Origin: an uncultured delta proteobacterium
Lineage (GTDB): Bacteria > Myxococcota_A > UBA9160 > UBA4427
Length of the DNA stretch: 64,000 nt
NCBI GenBank assembly: GCA_963822965.1
Contig: CAWGJT010000005.1
Span: 128,001 to 192,000, forward strand
Reading direction: 5' to 3'
Positions 43,439 through 52,516 of this stretch are shown piece by piece. The notes below the pieces were generated by a model. That model saw only the letters and a list, made by a program, of their open reading frames with translations, was not told the DNA's origin and searched no databases. Positions within the stretch are counted from its first letter, which is position 1, and each line of letters opens with the position of its first letter. The position numbers and the translations under genes are program-made.

Positions 43439-43933
43439 GTGACGAACTACGACTCGGATGCTCCCCGGCGCGGCCAGGAGACCGGCGAGGTGAGCCAGCC
43501 GGGGCTCGACCTGCGCATCGCGTCCGAGACCAAGCGCATCTTCGGCCAGCACTCCCAGCTTCGTTCGTTCTTCGAGATGGTCCGGGAGTCGCTGCAACGC
43601 GGCTCGCTGCAGGGCGCGCGGATCGCGTTCACGCGCTTCCGCGACGCCCTCGAGGCCCACATCGACGTCGAGGACCACCAGTTCTTTCCAGCCCTGCGAG
43701 GCCTGAAGCCTCACCTGGCCGCGAGCCTCGCCCAGCTCGTCCGGGACCACGCCCGCTACCGGCAGATCCTCGACGAGCTGCACGAGATGCTCGCGCGCGG
43801 CTCGGCGGAGGAGTTCAACGCCGGCTTCGGAAAGCTCTGCGACGACTTCGCGCAGCACGAAGCCCGGGAGGAGAGCCTCACGGGCGTAGCGGTACCCACG
43901 GATGACACGCCGGCCGCGGCGCGTCAAAAATGA
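43439..43933 (+). CDS. Hemerythrin-like (HHE cation-binding) protein
   Basis: QH..L, AHIDVED...FP, DH, QHEAREE (H..HxxxE..H..HxxxE); GGAGG RBS before the GTG. Confidence 0.85.
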   Translation: MTNYDSDAPRRGQETGEVSQPGLDLRIASETKRIFGQHSQLRSFFEMVRESLQRGSLQGARIAFTRFRDALEAHIDVEDHQFFPALRGLKPHLAASLAQLVRDHARYRQILDELHEMLARGSAEEFNAGFGKLCDDFAQHEAREESLTGVAVPTDDTPAAARQK

Positions 43934-43949
43934 ACGAGGAGAAGCGACG

Positions 43950-44846
43950 ATGACCGACTTCCTGGACGCCTATTCGATCCAGTACTGGCTCGAGTCCTGT
44001 CCCCAGGCCTACCTGATGGACACGCAGTACGGCCACGGGCCCGACGAGGAAGAGCCCGGTCTACTTCTCGAAGACCCGCTGATGCGCGAGCAGGCCATCC
44101 GGACGACGGTCCAGCTCATCGTCGGGGAGCGATGTGCCCTCGCCGCTTCGTCCGGCCTCGTCGGCTGCGCGCCCGACCCCGGCAGCCAGTGCTTCCTGGC
44201 CACCCAGACCCTCGACGAGGCGCGCCACGTCGAGGTCTTCACCCAGCGCCTCTTCGATCTCGGCGTCAAGAAGAAGGAGCTCGAGGACGTGATCGCGCGC
44301 TTCGCGAACCCGAACCTGGTGAAATTCGCAGAGGTGCTGCTCGAGAAGGTCGACAAGCGGGACTTCGTGGCGGGCGTCGTCGGGCAGAACGTGGTTCTCG
44401 AGGGCATGGCGTTCAGCGTCTTCGAGATGATGCAGACAGCCAACCGCGACCCGAACCCGAAGTTCGCCCACACCCTGTCCGGCACCATCGCCGACGAGCG
44501 GCGCCACGTGGGCTTCGGCGAGAACCGCATCGGCCAGCTGATTCGGGAGAACCCCGGCAAGCGGCCCGAGATCGAGCGAATGCAGAAGGACATGTCCTAC
44601 TTCATGCTGGCGACCTTCGCCGACCAGTTCCGCAGCAACGAGATGCGCGAGGAGATGCAGCACGCGCGCGAGGAAGCGGGGCCCGGCAGCGGCGAAGCGA
44701 GCTGGCAAGGGGTGAACCTGGCGACGGCAGCACCCGAGGAGATCGAGGCGGTGCTCTCGAACACGATCCTCAAGGACTTCAAGGCGCGGCTGGGACGGAT
44801 CGGCCTCGAGTACCAGACGCCGAACCGGCCGGGAGCGGCGGCGTGA
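43950..44846 (+). CDS. Ferritin-like diiron-carboxylate protein A
   Basis: GERCA..ASS, TLDEARH, VLEGMA, ADERRHVGFG give the E / ExxH / E / ExxH ligand set. Confidence 0.88.
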   Translation: MTDFLDAYSIQYWLESCPQAYLMDTQYGHGPDEEEPGLLLEDPLMREQAIRTTVQLIVGERCALAASSGLVGCAPDPGSQCFLATQTLDEARHVEVFTQRLFDLGVKKKELEDVIARFANPNLVKFAEVLLEKVDKRDFVAGVVGQNVVLEGMAFSVFEMMQTANRDPNPKFAHTLSGTIADERRHVGFGENRIGQLIRENPGKRPEIERMQKDMSYFMLATFADQFRSNEMREEMQHAREEAGPGSGEASWQGVNLATAAPEEIEAVLSNTILKDFKARLGRIGLEYQTPNRPGAAA

Positions 44847-45622
44847 CCGCGAGCGAAGTGGAGGACGTGCACGCGCTCGAGCCGGAGGACTTCATCGAAG
44901 AGGTCCACTCGTTCGAGCACTGGTTCGGGGCCGTCAGCGACTACCTCGCGGGCCTCGACCACGGTCACCGCCCCGACGTGGCGGAGGTCGCTTTCGGCGC
45001 GGCGGAGCGCGACCGCCTCGTGTCCACCCTGTGCAGCTACGCGGTGGCCGAGACGGCCGCGCTCGAGGCCTCGAGCGGCCTGATCGCGATCGCGCCGAAC
45101 CGCAACGCCAAGATCTTCCTCTCGACGCAGACGGTCGACGAGGGACGGCACGTCGAGGTGGTGCTGCACCGGCTCCGGGAGCTCGGCATCGCGGATCCCG
45201 AGGCCGAGGTCGAGCGACGGGCGGGCGCCAGCGTTCGTCGCTTCCGCAAGAGGCTGCTCGAGCTGGTGGCCGCGCAGCAGTGGGACGCCGCGGTCTTCGC
45301 CCAGAACGTCGCCCTCGAGACGATGGAGTACACGGTGTTCCGGGCGCACGCGCGGGTGGCCGATCCGGTCACCCGGGACCTGCTGGAGCGCATCCTGCGC
45401 GACGAGCGACGGCACATCGGATTCGGCGAGAACGAGCTCGGCCGCCGCCTGCACCAGGAACCGAAGCGACGGCGGGCGCTCGCCGCCGTGAAGGCCGAGC
45501 TCGATCACCTCGTGCTGCAGACCTTCGAGGAGGCGCTCTCCGAGCTGCAGGTGCCGCGCGCCGAACGCCCCTCGCTGGGTCGCGACTATCTGCAGACCGT
45601 CGACCGCCTGGGGCTCGTCTGA
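44843..45622 (+). CDS. Ferritin-like diiron-carboxylate protein B (paralogue of A)
   Basis: AETAAL.ASS, TVDEGRH, ALETME, RDERRHIGFG; GTGA overlap with gene A. Confidence 0.88.
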   Translation: MTASEVEDVHALEPEDFIEEVHSFEHWFGAVSDYLAGLDHGHRPDVAEVAFGAAERDRLVSTLCSYAVAETAALEASSGLIAIAPNRNAKIFLSTQTVDEGRHVEVVLHRLRELGIADPEAEVERRAGASVRRFRKRLLELVAAQQWDAAVFAQNVALETMEYTVFRAHARVADPVTRDLLERILRDERRHIGFGENELGRRLHQEPKRRRALAAVKAELDHLVLQTFEEALSELQVPRAERPSLGRDYLQTVDRLGLV

Positions 45623-45930
45623 TGCCCGGGACCGAGGCCGTGACGACGAACGAGACGACCCCGCTCGAGAGCGAGCCCCGGCGGCGCTACGAGCTCGACG
45701 ACCGCGGCTTCGACGAGGTGCCGCGCAAGTACCGGAAGTTCTACCGCCGATGGGAGGGGCCGGACGACGCCCTGGCGCCCAACGAGGCCCTGTGCCCGGT
45801 GTGCAAGATCGTGATCCGCTCCCCGCGCGAGCTTCGCGTCGGAGACCGGCTCTACTGCATGGCGTGCATGACCCGCGTGCTGATCGTACGCGGCCCCGAC
45901 GGGGGCCTCGAGACCGAGACCCTCTACTGA
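45622..45930 (+). CDS. Small CxxC-x17-CxxC metal-ribbon protein
   Basis: CPVC..RELRVGDRLYCMAC; TGATG coupling to gene B. Confidence 0.78.
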   Translation: MPGTEAVTTNETTPLESEPRRRYELDDRGFDEVPRKYRKFYRRWEGPDDALAPNEALCPVCKIVIRSPRELRVGDRLYCMACMTRVLIVRGPDGGLETETLY

Positions 45931-46009
45931 GCGCGGTGTCCGGCCGCGTGCCGGCGGCCGCAACGTGCGGCATCGTGTGGGCCCTCGATTCCGGGGTGGA
46001 GGGTCGACG

Positions 46010-46369
46010 ATGAGCGTTGGGATGCGCGCCGCGATCGCGACGACGTGGCTGGTGCTGGGCTGCTCGCCTTCTCCGGACGCGTCCGAGCTGGGCCCCGACG
46101 CGAGCCGCTGCGCGAGGCTCGTCGGCTTCTACCTCGGGGTGGAGGCGCCCGTCGAGGTGGCGGGCGGCGAGGCCGACCCCGAGACGCGCAAGGTCCGCAT
46201 CGACTACCGCACGACCGACGGGATGAACGTGCCCATGGAGGGCGTGGCCCTGTGCCGCTTCCGGGAGGGTCCCGACGGAACGAGCGAGGCCACGGACGCC
46301 TTCGTCGACGAGAATCGCCTGCGCCCCGACGAGATCGCCGCCTTCAACGCGCGATCGGACGACGGGTAG
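46010..46369 (+). CDS. Hypothetical lipoprotein
   Basis: Hydrophobic N-terminus ending LVLGC; GC3-rich codons. Confidence 0.6.
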   Translation: MSVGMRAAIATTWLVLGCSPSPDASELGPDASRCARLVGFYLGVEAPVEVAGGEADPETRKVRIDYRTTDGMNVPMEGVALCRFREGPDGTSEATDAFVDENRLRPDEIAAFNARSDDG

Positions 46370-46390
46370 AGGCCCACCGGCCACGCGCCT

Positions 46391-47212
46391 TCACGCTTCG
46401 AGCGGCTCGTCCCGCAGCTCGGCGAAGACGCCGAAGTGGTCGCTCGGCCAGGCTCCGTCCTGCTCGTCGTCGCAGACCACGCGACAGCGCATCACGTGCC
46501 CCACCCCGTTCGCGAGCGGATAGCCCACGTACACGTAGTCGATCCGGCGATCCGGCTCGAAGGCGGTCCGGGCATGGGGGTTGCGGTTGCACCACGTGAC
46601 TCCGGCGCCCTGGGCGGGATCCCCGGCGACCCGGAAGGCGTCGTTGAAGTAGACGCTCCGGTCGCCGATGGCGTGCGCGCCGCGCAGGAAGCGCATCTCG
46701 TCCGAGTCGGGCTCGGCGTTGAAGTCGCCGACCAGGACCGGGGGAAAGCCGCCCTTCGGCCGCCGCTCCAGGACGTGGGCCGCGAGCGCCGCGACCTGCC
46801 GGCAGCGGGTGTCGCTCTGGTGGAGCTTCCAGTTGAGGTGGGTGCTCGTGAAGGAGAGCGGGCCCACGGGCGCGTCGATGGAGACGGTCAGCGCGGCCCG
46901 GGTCTCGCCGTCGCCCCGATCCGGGAGCCGCAGCGGGTGACGCTCGCGGATGGGCCAACGGCTCGCGATGGCGTTGCCGAACGAGAGGCTCCGCTCCGGC
47001 CGCCAGAAGGGAGAGGCCTCGACGAAGTCGAGGTGATAGCCGCGTCCCTCGACCAAGCCGGCCACCTGATCGAAGTCCTCGCCGCGCAGCGCCTCCTGGA
47101 AGCCGATGAGATCCGGATCGAGGAGGTCCAACCAGGTGCGGATCCGCTCCTGCCGCGCGGGCCAGGGCCCGGCGTCGTGCCAGAGGTTGAGGGTGAGAAC
47201 CGAGATCGCCAT
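46391..47212 (-). CDS. Endonuclease/exonuclease/phosphatase family protein
   Basis: VLTLNLW, D.IGFQE, THL, GDFNA, RIDY, SDH. Confidence 0.92.
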   Translation of the reverse strand: MAISVLTLNLWHDAGPWPARQERIRTWLDLLDPDLIGFQEALRGEDFDQVAGLVEGRGYHLDFVEASPFWRPERSLSFGNAIASRWPIRERHPLRLPDRGDGETRAALTVSIDAPVGPLSFTSTHLNWKLHQSDTRCRQVAALAAHVLERRPKGGFPPVLVGDFNAEPDSDEMRFLRGAHAIGDRSVYFNDAFRVAGDPAQGAGVTWCNRNPHARTAFEPDRRIDYVYVGYPLANGVGHVMRCRVVCDDEQDGAWPSDHFGVFAELRDEPLEA

Positions 47213-47225
47213 GGGCCGCGTCAGT

Positions 47226-49184
47226 CTAACCGCTGGCCGCCGGTCCGCGCCGGAGCACCCGGTAGGGCCCGAAGCGTGCGACGACGTCGAAGTTCTTCTC
47301 CACGTAGTCCCGCAGGCGGGGCATCGCCCGGCGCAGGTTCGCCGCCGTGGGGTCCGGCCGGTACACCACCAGCACCTCTCGGGCGTCCCGCAGGCGGGCG
47401 AGCATGGCCGGCGTGTCCAGGGCGCGCATCTCCGCGCCTGGGAGCATTCCCCAGCCGGCCAGGAAGAGCGCATAGCGTCGCTCGGGGAAGAGCAGCGCGC
47501 GTCCGCTCAGGAAGGGCACCATCTCCTCGTTCGTGAGCATCAGCAGCGGGGCTTCCGCGGGCGGTACGGTGGCGAGCCAGGCGACGAGCGCCTCCACGTC
47601 GGTGAGGTACATGGCCTCGGCGGTTCGTGCGTCCAGGGCGATGCCCTCGGCGTGTGGCAACGCCACCGGGCGCCGCTCGCTGCGCGGCTCGTCGGGGAGC
47701 AGGACGGGACGGGCGATCGGCGCCACCAGCCAAACGGGCAGCATCGCCACGAGCCCGGCCGCGGCGGCCGAGCGCAGGCGTCCGCGCGCGCGAATCCGAG
47801 CGGCCGGACCCGCCCGCTCGAGCCAGCGTGCGAGCACCAGGGCGAGCAGCGGAGCCAGTGCGCCGTGCAGGATCCAGAGGTTGTGCCCAGCGCGCGGGAA
47901 CACCTCGAAGCACAGCAACGAGGAGACGAGCAGGGTCGGGACCACGGCGGCCCGGCCGGCCTGCGACGGGGTCCCGTCCGGCGGAGATCCCGACAGCTCC
48001 CGCCCGGCGAGTGCGAGCCCGGCCAGCAGCAGCACCGGCAGCAGCACCCCCTCCAGCGCAAACGGAGACCGGGCCAGCAGGACGTTCGCCTCGAAGAGTC
48101 GGGGGACGTCGGAGGGAATCGCGAAGCGTGAGGTCGCGAGCCCGACGACACCCGCACCGGCGAAGGCGGCCGCCCGACCCACGCGACCCGCCAGCCCGAG
48201 GAGGCCGGCGGTGGCGAGACACACCACCCCGCAGAGGAGCACCGCGAGCGCCGCGGGCGGTGGGGCGACCGCCAGCGCGTAGTGACGCAGGGACAGGGGC
48301 AGCACGAACATGTCGTGCAGCAGCTCCCCGAGCCCTCCCGCTGCCGCATAGAAGAGAATCACGCCGGCCGGGGCCACCCCCGCCCCCGCGACGAAGGGCA
48401 GCAAACGCTCGCGCCAGAGCGCCCGCAGATCCGGCGCCCGCCGGCGTGCCGCCCACGCCACGGCGACGAGCACCGCGTGGAACGGCAGGAAGTGGAACAG
48501 GTAGCCCTGAAGGTCCAGGTAGCGACCCACGGGAAGCAGCACCGCCACTCCGCACGCGAGCCACGACGTCACCAGTCCGACGCGAGCCCGGCCCACCCGC
48601 TCCGGAGCCTCGAGCCAGCCGACCCCCACCAGCGACAAGACGAGCCCCCAGGCCAGCATGACGCCGAGGGACTGCTTGAAGAGGATGGCGAGGCCCGCCA
48701 GGAGGCCTGCCACCACGAGCCCCCGGACGCTGCGCCGTTCGAGCGACCGCATCGCGACGGCGGTGGCGGCCAGGGCGATGGGAATCGTGAAGAGGGCCGC
48801 ATAGGGCGCATTCAGGTTGGCGCTGAAGCGCCCCCACCAGGCGATGCTGCAGAGCGAGGCCAGCAGCGCGATCCAGGGCGGCGCCAGCCGCGACGCCATC
48901 GCGAAGCCGGCTGCCACCGCCGCCGCCTTCGCCAGGGCGACGAGGACCCGCACCGCCAGGATGCGACCGTCGAAGAGCGACAGCACGGCGCCCGTGAGGG
49001 AGAAGACGCCCGGTCCGTACACGTCGCGGAAGTCGCGGTGGGGAACCGCGCCGCCGGCCACCGCCGCGGCGCGGCTCAGCAGGTAGCCCTCGTCTCGCAG
49101 GTCGAGGGTGCGCGTGAAGGTGAGGGACGCATACCCGAACGCCAGGGCGAAGAGGGCCACCGTGATCCACGTTCGGGAGCTCAC
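47226..49184 (-). CDS. Polytopic membrane protein, GT-C/ArnT-like glycosyltransferase
   Basis: TM1 followed by DEG, P.RDF...YGPG, many TM segments, FKQ; start uncertain. Confidence 0.65.
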   Translation of the reverse strand: MSSRTWITVALFALAFGYASLTFTRTLDLRDEGYLLSRAAAVAGGAVPHRDFRDVYGPGVFSLTGAVLSLFDGRILAVRVLVALAKAAAVAAGFAMASRLAPPWIALLASLCSIAWWGRFSANLNAPYAALFTIPIALAATAVAMRSLERRSVRGLVVAGLLAGLAILFKQSLGVMLAWGLVLSLVGVGWLEAPERVGRARVGLVTSWLACGVAVLLPVGRYLDLQGYLFHFLPFHAVLVAVAWAARRRAPDLRALWRERLLPFVAGAGVAPAGVILFYAAAGGLGELLHDMFVLPLSLRHYALAVAPPPAALAVLLCGVVCLATAGLLGLAGRVGRAAAFAGAGVVGLATSRFAIPSDVPRLFEANVLLARSPFALEGVLLPVLLLAGLALAGRELSGSPPDGTPSQAGRAAVVPTLLVSSLLCFEVFPRAGHNLWILHGALAPLLALVLARWLERAGPAARIRARGRLRSAAAAGLVAMLPVWLVAPIARPVLLPDEPRSERRPVALPHAEGIALDARTAEAMYLTDVEALVAWLATVPPAEAPLLMLTNEEMVPFLSGRALLFPERRYALFLAGWGMLPGAEMRALDTPAMLARLRDAREVLVVYRPDPTAANLRRAMPRLRDYVEKNFDVVARFGPYRVLRRGPAASG

Positions 49185-49292
49185 GCCCGGCAAGCTAGCA
49201 GGATGCTGCCGTTCCCGGGCCGGGCGCAGGGGGCCGGCTGCACGGCGCGTCGAACGCCGACGCGGCATACTGGCTCGCCGCCCCGAGGTCCC

Positions 49293-50696
49293 ATGTCCCT
49301 GCCGAGCGAGCTCGAAGCCCCCCCGCCGCCGCCTCCCGGCGCCGTCGGCCGCGATACGCTGACACCTTCTCGTGTCCCCTTCGCGACGGTCGCCTCCTGG
49401 GGCATGCCGATCTTCGCCCTCTCCTCGAGCCTCTTCTTCCTGCAGTTCTTCTTCCTCAAGTTCGCGACCGACGTCCTGCTGATCGCCCCGGTGGTGGTGG
49501 GCAGCCTCTTCGCCGCCGGGCGTCTCTGGGACGCGGTCTCGGATCCCATCGTCGGCACCTGGAGCGACCGCACCCGGTCGCGCATGGGGCGCCGACGTCC
49601 CTGGATGTTGGCCGCCATCCCGCTGCTCGCCGCGACCATCTGGATGACCTGGTCGCCGCCCCGGCACCTCGAAGGCCCGGCGCTCGTCGTCTGGGTGGGC
49701 TTCGCGCTCTTCGGCTTCTACACGGCCTTCACCATGTACAACATTCCGCACTTCTCGCTGGGGTCCGAGATGAGCGCGGACCACCACGAACGCAGCCGCG
49801 TGTTCGGCGTGCAGAGCGCCTCGTTCATGGTGGGCATGATGCTCGCGTTCGGCGCCATGCAGTACGTCATGACCTCGACGGACCAGCGCACCGCGGCGAG
49901 TCACGTGGCGGGCGTCGCGATCGCTCTCGTCTGCCTCTTCCTGCTGGTGCCGCCCCTGCGGCTGCGGGAGCGGCCCGAGTACCAGGGACGCGGCGCCCAG
50001 CATCCCCTGCGCGCGCTGCGGGACGTGGTCCGCAATCCGCACGCGCTGCGGCTGCTGTTCGTGCAGCTCGTCCAGATGGTGGGGGTGAGCGTCGTCGGGC
50101 TGCTCTCGCCGTATCTGGTGCAGTACGTGCTGCAGCGGCCGGACCTGGTGGGCCCGCTGCCGGCCGCCTTCGTCGTCTTCAACATGGCCTCGATCCCGGT
50201 GTGGGTGGCGCTCTCGCGGCGCTACGGCAAGAAGCAGGCGTGGACGGCCTCGATGCTGCTCTCAGGGCTGGTGTTCGCCGGGACGGCCCTGGTCGGCCCC
50301 GGAGACGTGCTGCTGCTGGCGCTCCTGATGCCGTTGGCGGGCTTCGCCCTGGGCTGCGGCGGGACCGTGGGTCCCTCGATCCTGGCGGACGTGATCGACG
50401 GCGACGAGCTCGAGACGGGCGAGCGCAAGGAGGGCGCCTACAACGCGGCATGGGGCTTCTCGCTCAAGCTGTCCAACGCCTTCATGATCCTGGTGACGAG
50501 CCTCGTGCTGCAGGCCATCGACTTCGTGCCCAACCAGGAGCAGACGGCCGGCGTGCAGCTCGCGCTGCGGCTCGTCTTCGGCCTGCTGCCGTTCGTGATG
50601 CTCACGGGGGCGGCCATCGTGCTGCACGGGTTCCGACTGGACGCCGCGGAGCACGCCCGCATCCGGGCCGCTCTCGACGCGCGACTGCGCGGCTGA
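49293..50696 (+). CDS. MFS transporter, GPH (MelB-like) family
   Basis: WDAVSDP.VG.WSDRTRSRMGRRRPW, ADVID.DE..TG.R.EG.Y. Confidence 0.92.
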   Translation: MSLPSELEAPPPPPPGAVGRDTLTPSRVPFATVASWGMPIFALSSSLFFLQFFFLKFATDVLLIAPVVVGSLFAAGRLWDAVSDPIVGTWSDRTRSRMGRRRPWMLAAIPLLAATIWMTWSPPRHLEGPALVVWVGFALFGFYTAFTMYNIPHFSLGSEMSADHHERSRVFGVQSASFMVGMMLAFGAMQYVMTSTDQRTAASHVAGVAIALVCLFLLVPPLRLRERPEYQGRGAQHPLRALRDVVRNPHALRLLFVQLVQMVGVSVVGLLSPYLVQYVLQRPDLVGPLPAAFVVFNMASIPVWVALSRRYGKKQAWTASMLLSGLVFAGTALVGPGDVLLLALLMPLAGFALGCGGTVGPSILADVIDGDELETGERKEGAYNAAWGFSLKLSNAFMILVTSLVLQAIDFVPNQEQTAGVQLALRLVFGLLPFVMLTGAAIVLHGFRLDAAEHARIRAALDARLRG

Positions 50697-50933
50697 CCGC
50701 GAGGCGGCTCGCGAATCGGCACCGCCTGGGGCCCGGCGCCTTGATCGATACGTCCGAAAGTGTTGTATCCTACACCGCTCACCCGGGGGGTGGGCAAAAC
50801 GGGCAATACATCCGCGTCTCTGCGGGCCCACTTTTGCCTCGTCTTCGCGACGCTGCACCTCGGAGCGAAATGAAGGCTCGAACTCCGGGGATGGATTCGT
50901 GCAGACTGGAGCCTCGGACGCAGGGAGGACGCC

Positions 50934-51593
50934 ATGCATAGCGAGCCGCGTGCCCGCTCGGCCCTCGGGCGGGCTCCGGTGCCGCGCCCCACCTCGCCGC
51001 TCCAGAACACCCGCCTTCCCGCGACCGCCTGCGCGGCCCTCCTCGCCCTCGCGCTCTGCTCGTGCTCGAACGAGCTCTACCTCGCCGGCGATTCCTACGT
51101 CGGGATGATGGCGCCCTACATCGCCACGCATACCGGCTGTCCCACCTACGACTACACCATGAACGATCGCACGGCCGCCGAGGTGCTGGTCGAGGACGTG
51201 GACGCGATCGCCGATCGGGTCGCGGCGCTCGAGCCCGGTGTGAGGCCGGTGGTGATCCTATCGGCCGGCGCCGTCGACGAATCGCTCTGGGGCCCCGAGA
51301 TCACCGGAGTCATCGTCACCGAGCTCGGGAACGAGCTCCTCGCGATCGATCCACGCCTCGAGCTCTTTCACCTGGATTACGGAGTCGAGTCGGCGTCGGT
51401 TCCGTTGGGATTCTGGGACCGGGTGCCCTACGACGAGAACCCGCGCTGGCACCGGGTGCAGTTCCCGCAGCTGGTGGACGGCGAGATCAGCGGCGACGGG
51501 ATCCACCTGCCGCTGCCCGGCTACGTCGAGCGCCTGCTGGACCTCGTCATGCAGCATCCCACCCTCGTCTGCAACCACGCCCTGGAGCTCTGA
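50934..51593 (+). CDS. Lipoprotein with SGNH/GDSL-like hydrolase motifs
   Basis: Lipobox-like LCSC, LAGDSY (block I), DGIH (block V); GGAGG RBS. Confidence 0.62.
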   Translation: MHSEPRARSALGRAPVPRPTSPLQNTRLPATACAALLALALCSCSNELYLAGDSYVGMMAPYIATHTGCPTYDYTMNDRTAAEVLVEDVDAIADRVAALEPGVRPVVILSAGAVDESLWGPEITGVIVTELGNELLAIDPRLELFHLDYGVESASVPLGFWDRVPYDENPRWHRVQFPQLVDGEISGDGIHLPLPGYVERLLDLVMQHPTLVCNHALEL

Positions 51594-51622
51594 CCCCGGT
51601 CCGACGGGCGGCCGGACCGGGG
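51594..51622 (+). terminator. Hairpin right after the stop codon
   Basis: CCCCGGTCCG ... CGGACCGGGG, 10-bp perfect arms. Confidence 0.45.
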
Positions 51623-52019
51623 CGCCGGGAAGCCTCGAAGACCGCCCCGGCAAGCTGGGAGGGCACCGCCGGGACCGACGGAACGGGGTGCGTCCGTGGG
51701 CTTTCGGCAACTTCCGGCGCATCTCGGCGACGAGAAGGCTCGCATCCGGTGCTGCGTTTGGTGCAAACTGGGGCGCCAACCGCTTCGGGAGGACGAGATG
51801 CAGCGCCCGCGCCATCGGCTCGCCGCCCGCTTGCTCGTCGCCGGTACGGCTGGGCCGAGGCCAGCCTGCGCGGCCAGCCGGATCCCCAGAAGCGCATCCG
51901 CGAGGCCGTGGAAGCCCTCTTCGAGAACCGCGTCCGAGCGCGGAGCCCTGGATGAGACACGCCCAGAGCCCGCCCGTCGCAACACCCGCAATCCGACCCG
52001 TGGCAACAGGAGAACACGA

Positions 52020-52505
52020 ATGACCGCATCCGCGCTTCGCCTTCCGACCCGACCCGCGCTTCGCCGGTTGGCCACCTCACTGGCCGCTTCGCTCCTCCTC
52101 TTCGGGCTGGCCGGCTGCCAGGGCATGCCGTCGTCCGAGGCCACGCCCACCAGCGCCTGGAGCCAGACCCTCGTCACCCAGCTCGCCGGAGAGCTGCAGA
52201 GCCGCATGTCGACGCTCTACAACACCGCGCTGAAGGACCCCGAGTTCCACGGCGAGCAGGGCCCGTTCCAGCAGATCCTGAACGATATCCGCATCCTGCA
52301 GGAGAGCTCGGGCGAGCTCCACCAGCAGCTCGCGGACGGCAAGAGCCGCGCCGAGACGCTCGACACCTGGGAGAACATCCGGACCACCGCCCGGGACGCC
52401 CGGGAGAGCGCGGGCTGGACCCAGCTGCAAGACGACTTCCGGGCCAAGGCCGAGGCCGCGGTCGGCATCGTGGACCAGATCGAGCCCTACTACGGGGCCC
52501 CCTGA
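52020..52505 (+). CDS. Hypothetical lipoprotein
   Basis: AGGAG RBS, Arg-rich N-terminus, LAGC lipobox, helical-looking mature part. Confidence 0.7.
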   Translation: MTASALRLPTRPALRRLATSLAASLLLFGLAGCQGMPSSEATPTSAWSQTLVTQLAGELQSRMSTLYNTALKDPEFHGEQGPFQQILNDIRILQESSGELHQQLADGKSRAETLDTWENIRTTARDARESAGWTQLQDDFRAKAEAAVGIVDQIEPYYGAP

Positions 52506-52516
52506 GCGGGGCGCGC

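Noticed and set aside
43950..45622. Ribonucleotide reductase R2 or (bacterio)ferritin call for the diiron pair
   Set aside because: No R1 gene nearby, lengths exceed ferritins, and no recognisable R2 radical-Tyr/C-terminal motif; left as uncharacterised
50785..50860. c-di-GMP-I riboswitch (GGGCAAA)
   Set aside because: No GAAA tetraloop stem or GACGCAAAG element follows
51798..51955. Small ORF upstream of the 52020 lipoprotein
   Set aside because: It has an RBS-like GGAGG and an ATG but no coherent frame without assuming an indel; not supportable
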